Shown here: positions 58,502 through 64,000 of the stretch, piece after piece
Position numbering within the stretch: position 1 is the stretch's first letter
Layout: the number at the start of each line of letters is the position of its first letter
IMG/VR virus record: IMGVR_UViG_3300035670_013228
Coordinates: 96,001 to 160,000 of that record
Origin: a virus
Length of the DNA: 64,000 nucleotides
Direction: 5' to 3' (one strand)
Notes under the pieces: model-generated
The model's database searches: none
Seen by the model: the letters and a program-made list of their open reading frames with translations, nothing else
Told to the model about the DNA's origin: nothing
Translations under genes and position numbers: made by a program

Positions 58502-59084
58502 ATGATTTAATCTTATTTAAGCCCTTTTGAATATTTTGTCTAATAGCTTCTCTTGTTACTCCATATTCTTTACCTATTTCAACTAAAGTTTTATTTTCAA
58601 AGTAATACTTATATATTTGATTTCTTTGTTTATCAGATAAAATATTACTATTTAATAGTTTTTGGATATCTTCCTTTAAATTATCTGATTCTTCTTTGCA
58701 AGATACTATTTCATATGGATCAGAAACGGATCTGTCAGGAATGTTTGAAGCATATGTGTTTAGTTCATCTTTAGACATCGAATCTATAGACAGTTTTGAA
58801 TACTGATTTTTTTTCTTATATTTGCTAGATATATATGTTTTTATGGCCCATATACCACACTGATTTCTATAAGAATAACGAGTTTTAGACTGTCCTTCGT
58901 GGCCTTTTCTATTTGCATCCCATTTCCAATCTGCCATCATGATTGCAGATGCTATATCAGATATTGCATCATCATTAGATAATAATTCTTTTCTAAGACC
59001 AATATAGAATGTTGGTGCAAATTTAGAAATAATTTTTTTTGCAAGATTAGTATATACCTCTAGAGTCTCAAATTGTTGTTCCAT
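58494..59084 (-). CDS. RNA polymerase sigma-70-family factor
   Basis: Region 4 HTH: LSDKQRNQIYKYY..KTLVEIGKEYGVTREAIRQ. Start at ATG 59084 with AGGA RBS (track 59141). Confidence 0.8.
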   Translation of the reverse strand: MEQQFETLEVYTNLAKKIISKFAPTFYIGLRKELLSNDDAISDIASAIMMADWKWDANRKGHEGQSKTRYSYRNQCGIWAIKTYISSKYKKKNQYSKLSIDSMSKDELNTYASNIPDRSVSDPYEIVSCKEESDNLKEDIQKLLNSNILSDKQRNQIYKYYFENKTLVEIGKEYGVTREAIRQNIQKGLNKIKSYA

Positions 59085-59122
59085 TGTCCTTTGTCCTTTT
59101 AAAGAAATAAATTCGAAATTAA

Positions 59123-59947
59123 TTAATATTTTCCACCGCACGAACAGGCCATAATATTATTTCCACACTTATTACAAACACCATTTGTGGACTTGGTAAG
59201 TTTTTTCCACTGTTGTTTATCTGGTCTGTCCGAATCCCCGGGTTTTGCTGGTTTATAATTTTTACCCTCTCTTTGTTTTTTTCTACGAATATTTTCCCAC
59301 AAGCCCGGTTTATTCGTCGCCCAACTAGTATCGTCATTCTGAGGTACAAACCTGACAAAATCATGAATAGTTCTCATGTAGTCCTCGGTGATAGCTATTT
59401 TACCCTGAATCCAGCTTTCTGTCAAGTTTTCTTTGACATGAGGATCTGAATCTATAGATCGTAATATTTCTAGAGCATGAGTTGCTATTGCATTTAATGA
59501 TCCAATATTCATAACTAAAAAATCTTGTTTATATTCGGATAGTTCATCTTGATCTTCATTTTCTTCTTCGTCTTCTTCATCCATCTCTGGTTGAGCATTT
59601 AAATCCATGAATGGATCTTTCATGGTTGCTAACTGAACCTCTGTTTTGGTTAATTCTGTACCAATTGTCCAAGTTTTTCCCTCATTAGTTGTTTTGTAAG
59701 AAATAACATTACCTATATTATCTGGTAAAGATTTAATTGCTGTTACAATACCTTCGCTCATATAGTGAATACAATCCGGATTGATATTTCTAACCATATT
59801 ACCGATACTAAATGAACATTTGGCTTTAGATGTTTTGTTAATACCTAGTCTGTCTTTTGTTGCTTCCGGTAGAGCCGCGACAAATGCCTGTTCTTTACGT
59901 TGGGCTGCTTCAGATATTGAAGATAATATTTCTTTAAATCTTTCCAT
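59123..59947 (-). CDS. Multidomain hypothetical protein
   Basis: Acidic tract, GLWENIRRKK phage-type motif, C-terminal CNKC...CSC. Confidence 0.7.
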   Translation of the reverse strand: MERFKEILSSISEAAQRKEQAFVAALPEATKDRLGINKTSKAKCSFSIGNMVRNINPDCIHYMSEGIVTAIKSLPDNIGNVISYKTTNEGKTWTIGTELTKTEVQLATMKDPFMDLNAQPEMDEEDEEENEDQDELSEYKQDFLVMNIGSLNAIATHALEILRSIDSDPHVKENLTESWIQGKIAITEDYMRTIHDFVRFVPQNDDTSWATNKPGLWENIRRKKQREGKNYKPAKPGDSDRPDKQQWKKLTKSTNGVCNKCGNNIMACSCGGKY

Positions 59948-59966
59948 GATAGCCTCTCATATTTTA

Positions 59967-60671
59967 CTAAAAGTATTTATTATCGAACTCTTTGATTAAA
60001 GGATACACCCTTTGAACAAAATCTATACTAGCTCTGTTATCACTATTAAAATGTACCCCTTGTAAGATTCTAGCCAAGCCACACTGATCGACAAGGGACC
60101 ATATATAATTTGAGTCTTCTGGACGCTGTTCAGATAAAATACAGGCCGCTAATGCCGCATATGCTGTGTGTCCGGAAGGATATGATGGTGTATGGTGTGT
60201 TTTTGTTTGTATAACATCAAGCTTAACATTATAAAAATCGGCTAATTGGAATGGTCGTGCTCTATTATAGAAATATTTAAGATCTTTAATCATTTGTCTT
60301 AAATAAATATATAAATTAGAAAAATTTTCATATGAAAATTTAATATTATATTTGTTTATATACGGTAAAAATAATTTAATTGGATTTTTATCAACCAGAT
60401 ATATTAAATCTATTTCTTTGTGAATTCTGTTATTGGCTAACGATATAACTTGGGTTAATTCATTGGTAGTTTTTTGACTACTATTTAATGGAGGATTTTT
60501 TATCATTGACCAAAAATCAATATTTAATTTATTAGATAAATTAGATTTATATTTTGTAAAAACTAGAGTAGGATTATAAACTATTTTATCAATATTTTTA
60601 GAAATTATAATTTGTTGTATAGATGATAAAAGTTTCACAATATTTACCAATACATTATGTTGGATCGGCAA
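59967..60671 (-). CDS. PAP2/haloperoxidase-family phosphatase
   Basis: KYFYNRARP, PSYPSGH, ARILQGVHF. Confidence 0.9.
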   Translation of the reverse strand: MPIQHNVLVNIVKLLSSIQQIIISKNIDKIVYNPTLVFTKYKSNLSNKLNIDFWSMIKNPPLNSSQKTTNELTQVISLANNRIHKEIDLIYLVDKNPIKLFLPYINKYNIKFSYENFSNLYIYLRQMIKDLKYFYNRARPFQLADFYNVKLDVIQTKTHHTPSYPSGHTAYAALAACILSEQRPEDSNYIWSLVDQCGLARILQGVHFNSDNRASIDFVQRVYPLIKEFDNKYF

Positions 60672-61224
60672 TTAGTGTTAAGAAATTTTCTAATCCCATC
60701 TGTTCTATTAGTTTTAAATAAGACTCGTATAATTCAATACCATCCTCACTACCTTTTAGTAATGGTATCATCATATTTGCTGTTATTTCATCTCCAACGG
60801 ATCTAGCTTTTACTATGGTTGCTCTTTCAGCAGCGGCGGCTTCTTTGACCGAGTCTAAATTATATTTAATCATAGCAACAATATCGTGTCTTGTCCATGA
60901 TTTCGGATTAACAGATAGAGGCTGATAATCTACATCAAAAAATTCTAATCTTTTTAGATTAATAGCAGAGTGTTCGTGCTCTTGATCAGCATCTGCTTTA
61001 ATAATAGCGGCTAGTTTTTTATAACCCCATCTTTCAAGATGAATAGCCTGAGCTGTTAAAGAAGTAGTTTGTTGCCAGTGTATATTTAATGATTTTTTTA
61101 AAAGCTCTATTACGGTATCGCTAGAATATCCAGAAGCTTCTTCTGAAATAACTTTGGTGTCCATACTATTATTTGCCTCATATTTAGATAATAGATCGTC
61201 GATTGCTTGATCTTTATTGGTCAT
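60655..61224 (-). CDS. Bacterioferritin-like protein with degenerate ferroxidase centre
   Basis: VIELL...WGYKKLA...EHEH...IEQMGLENFL align with Bfr. Confidence 0.75.
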   Translation of the reverse strand: MTNKDQAIDDLLSKYEANNSMDTKVISEEASGYSSDTVIELLKKSLNIHWQQTTSLTAQAIHLERWGYKKLAAIIKADADQEHEHSAINLKRLEFFDVDYQPLSVNPKSWTRHDIVAMIKYNLDSVKEAAAAERATIVKARSVGDEITANMMIPLLKGSEDGIELYESYLKLIEQMGLENFLTLIADPT

Positions 61225-61228
61225 AAAA

Positions 61229-61750
61229 TCACCATGCTTTACAAGACCAATATCTAGCTTTCCATTTTGGACCAGGATTATCGCAATTGTGTCTTGCTCT
61301 AAAGCTTTTTCGTCTTTCGGGTATATTTTTCTTAATTTTCATGTTTGGATCGCCAAAATTAACCTTCACCACATTTCCCTTTTCGTTCTTCACATAAACA
61401 CTAAATTTTTTAGGCCCATCCGGTGTTCTAAAAGGTTTATTTAATGTTACTTTACGACCACCCTTTTCTGCTGCAATGAGAATACCTTCTTCGGAGTATA
61501 CGTTGGTATCTGTTGATAATTGTATTTCTACAACAAATTCGTCCCACTCGTCGTCCCATGAGCAATTTGATGCTAATAAATTATTTTCAAATTGATCTAA
61601 AATAGAGGCTTTATTTTTTCTTGTTTGTCCTAAACATATGGCTAATCTTTGTTGTGTATTTTTATAGTCTTTTTTCATTGTCTCGTCTCCCATGCAACGA
61701 GCAGTGAATTTTTGTTTATCCTCATTGGGCTTTGGAGATGGTATTGGCAT
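61229..61750 (-). CDS. Conserved phage protein (DUF6321-like C-terminus)
   Basis: VKVNFGDPNMKIKK...RRKSFRARHNCD...ARYWSCKAW. Confidence 0.75.
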   Translation of the reverse strand: MPIPSPKPNEDKQKFTARCMGDETMKKDYKNTQQRLAICLGQTRKNKASILDQFENNLLASNCSWDDEWDEFVVEIQLSTDTNVYSEEGILIAAEKGGRKVTLNKPFRTPDGPKKFSVYVKNEKGNVVKVNFGDPNMKIKKNIPERRKSFRARHNCDNPGPKWKARYWSCKAW

Positions 61751-61796
61751 AGTAAATCTTTCTGGTTGAATTAGAGTATTTCCTATAAAAATATTA

Positions 61797-61803
61797 ATAC
61801 ACC
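61797..61803 (-). promoter_or_regulatory. GGTGTAT motif (candidate phage promoter)
   Basis: Intergenic, followed by TAATATTTTTATA. Confidence 0.55.
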
Positions 61804-61811
61804 AAAATATA

Positions 61812-62867
61812 TTATTCGGCTATTACCGACAGAAGACGATTCGATGAGTTTAACCAACTAAAATTTTTAGCTGTTTCAACACCATTTATATTGGTACTAA
61901 TAGAATTAGTATATACAAATTTCATGTAATCTATAATTTGATCTTTATGAGAGTCTCCTATTTTAGCCCAATTACCATTACCAAAAAACCACATTCCGTC
62001 AAACGCTTGTTCGGTTTCATTAATATCGACCAAAAAGCTATTATCAGTATTGCAATAGTCTTTATGAGCTGAATAATTTGTTACAATAACAGGCTTATTC
62101 ATGGACAGTGTCTCTAATAATTCTAGATTCCATCCTTCTCCTCTAGAAATGTAAATACCACAATCACTATAAGAAATAATTTCTGCAATAGCTTTATGAT
62201 TAGGTAGTCTAGGAAAAATTTTTATTTTTTTTCTAAGATTAGAGGATTCCACTAAAGATATCCATTGATTTTCTTGATCTTTATTAAGAAATGGATTATG
62301 GGTTACCATCCACAGCTCTACATCGTCCTTATCTGTAAAAGCTTTATTGAAACATTCAATAATAATATCATGAGATTTCCTTTTTTCCCACTTACCTATT
62401 GTGAGAAAAACATATTTATCCGTTTTATTTTGTAGAGAATGATCAAAAATAGATCTGTCAACTCCAAGAGGTACAATCTTTATAGGTTTATTTATATTAT
62501 TTTTTAGTAGTACATTTTTAGCCCATTCGGATGATACAATAATTTCATCAGGAAAATTTAAATGATATATTTCTTTTTGATTAAGAGTATCTACTTCAAA
62601 AAAGGGAAAAGCAAAATATTTTCCATCTCCTATTCGATTAAGTAAATCGAACTGATGCCAGATTTTAACGCACGGACTGTCGTATGGTATGATGTGACTA
62701 TAACTGATACAATTATTAAGTATAGATGCTTGTTCTTGAGATTCTACATTAGGATGTCCTATCGGACTTAATCCTATATTGTGATTGCTAGCTAAAGATA
62801 AAAGTATATTTAGACCAGCATATCCATATCCTGTCGATCCTATTGGCGTATTGAGATGTATATTCAT
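61812..62867 (-). CDS. Glycosyltransferase family 4
   Basis: GKWEKRKSH, ISRGEGWNLELLETLSMNKPVIVT. Confidence 0.85.
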   Translation of the reverse strand: MNIHLNTPIGSTGYGYAGLNILLSLASNHNIGLSPIGHPNVESQEQASILNNCISYSHIIPYDSPCVKIWHQFDLLNRIGDGKYFAFPFFEVDTLNQKEIYHLNFPDEIIVSSEWAKNVLLKNNINKPIKIVPLGVDRSIFDHSLQNKTDKYVFLTIGKWEKRKSHDIIIECFNKAFTDKDDVELWMVTHNPFLNKDQENQWISLVESSNLRKKIKIFPRLPNHKAIAEIISYSDCGIYISRGEGWNLELLETLSMNKPVIVTNYSAHKDYCNTDNSFLVDINETEQAFDGMWFFGNGNWAKIGDSHKDQIIDYMKFVYTNSISTNINGVETAKNFSWLNSSNRLLSVIAE

Positions 62868-63988
62868 AATGTTTTATCGAAATGTGTTCTGTTGACTCTT
62901 ATAAATTCTGCACACTTTGACAGATCTTTAAGGGATGAAGAACCAACATATGCACAAGCGCTTCTTATTCCTCCTGTTATATCCGAAATAATATTAGAAA
63001 CACAACCTTTATATGGAACAGTTAATACTCTGCCTTCGCTAGCGCGATAGTTTTTGACCCCTCCATATTTTTCTTGTGCTTTGTGTGAACTCATACCATA
63101 AAATTTTAATGTCTTTTTTCTTTTATCTGATGGATAATAGCCAGGATCATTTGGTTGCCACCATTCTCTAACTACTTCTCTGTCGTTATTAATAATTGCG
63201 CAACGATACTCGTATTCCCACTCTCCTTCGCATTGATCTGTTCCAGCGAGCATACCTCCAAGCATCACAAAGTCAGCATTTGCCGCAAAAGCCTTTACAA
63301 CATCCGATGGTGTTCTACACCCGCCGTCCGCACAGATCAATCCTAGTCGCCTGTCTTCGTTTTTTAAACCATGAGCAGCGTGTGAGCATTCTGCTATGGC
63401 AGACAGTTGGGGGAAACCCACACCCGTTTTTAGTCGAGTTGTACAAGCAGAACCTGGACCTATGCCGACTTTTACTATATCAACACCACCATGCAGAATT
63501 AACTCTTGAACCATTTCTGGAGTACATACATTACCCGCCATTATAATTGGACTACTACCAAATTCGTGTCTTATTCTATTGCAGAAATTAACGAAATCAT
63601 CAGTATATCCATTAGCAACATCTATACAAATATTTGGTATTTGATTTAAAATATTATATATATGATGTACTTTAACTATGTCTTCTTCTTTAATGCCTAT
63701 GCTAATCCATTGATAATTACTATCAAATATATTTTTGTAACTATCAATATTATAGTGTTTATGAAGACATGTTATCATATGTTGTCTGGCTAATACGGAT
63801 GACATATCAAAAGTCCCGGTTGTGTCCATATTAGCAGCAATAATCGGCACTCCACTCCAAGATCGACTAGAATGGTAAAAGGAAAATTTTCTTTCAAGAA
63901 TAACTTCTTGTCTAGATGCGGCTCTGGATCTTTGAGGAACCAAGAGAACATCATCAAAATCTAATTTTATCTGTTCATTTATTTTCAT
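62864..63988 (-). CDS. guaC: GMP reductase
   Basis: [62 protein letters not shown]. Confidence 0.93.
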   Translation of the reverse strand: MKINEQIKLDFDDVLLVPQRSRAASRQEVILERKFSFYHSSRSWSGVPIIAANMDTTGTFDMSSVLARQHMITCLHKHYNIDSYKNIFDSNYQWISIGIKEEDIVKVHHIYNILNQIPNICIDVANGYTDDFVNFCNRIRHEFGSSPIIMAGNVCTPEMVQELILHGGVDIVKVGIGPGSACTTRLKTGVGFPQLSAIAECSHAAHGLKNEDRRLGLICADGGCRTPSDVVKAFAANADFVMLGGMLAGTDQCEGEWEYEYRCAIINNDREVVREWWQPNDPGYYPSDKRKKTLKFYGMSSHKAQEKYGGVKNYRASEGRVLTVPYKGCVSNIISDITGGIRSACAYVGSSSLKDLSKCAEFIRVNRTHFDKTL

Positions 63989-64000
63989 TTTTATTTTTTT

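Noticed and set aside
924-63546. Short plus-strand ORFs antisense to the minus-strand genes (and minus-strand ORFs inside 3..4244)
   Set aside because: They are shadows fully inside well-supported genes, with no motifs or RBS support.
1-64000. DGR template repeat, reverse transcriptase or Avd gene
   Set aside because: By eye I found no second copy of the 54896-55000 scaffold, no AAC-rich GC-rich tract and no RT (YxDD) ORF. A computational self-alignment should confirm this.
1-64000. Stop-codon reassignment (TAG or TGA recoding)
   Set aside because: Conserved genes are full length under code 11. The TAG/TGA at 18361 and the TAG at 54009 both need a frame change, not read-through.
1-64000. 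tRNA, rRNA or CRISPR arrays
   Set aside because: All intergenic gaps are short (under ~200 nt), with no cloverleaf or regularly spaced repeats. The Cas4-like nuclease sits in a replication context.

Overview
This is an AT-rich segment (roughly 28-30% GC by eye) of a large tailed dsDNA phage genome. I saw no host housekeeping genes, integrase, tRNA, rRNA or CRISPR array. Two plus-strand genes (a 5'-partial Cys-rich giant and a small Cys-rich protein, to 4711) converge on an uninterrupted minus-strand gene run. That run contains: (1) a replication/recombination module (annealing protein, SSB, DnaE split into two genes around a DEDDh exonuclease, Cas4/AddB-like nuclease, dNMP kinase, primase, DnaB, RecA-like); (2) nucleotide metabolism (PhoH, NTP pyrophosphohydrolase, NrdA/NrdB, dCMP deaminase, GMP reductase); (3) three glycan-modification cassettes; (4) a membrane-protein cluster with an intein-containing papain-like peptidase; (5) putative virion fibre/decoration genes; and (6) a sigma factor, a ClpP-like protease and several apparent pseudo-enzymes. 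The strongest signal is a 105-nt, 64% GC, adenine-poor patch (54896-55000). It sits exactly on the RGGSW...GFR ligand loop of a circularly permuted FGE/SUMF1 (C-type lectin fold) protein and looks like a diversity-generating retroelement variable region. No template repeat or reverse transcriptase is in this window. The second is an 8-nt, stop-containing, hairpin-forming insert that cuts the HxH motif off the DnaE PHP domain. Product calls come from motif recognition only; no database searches were run.
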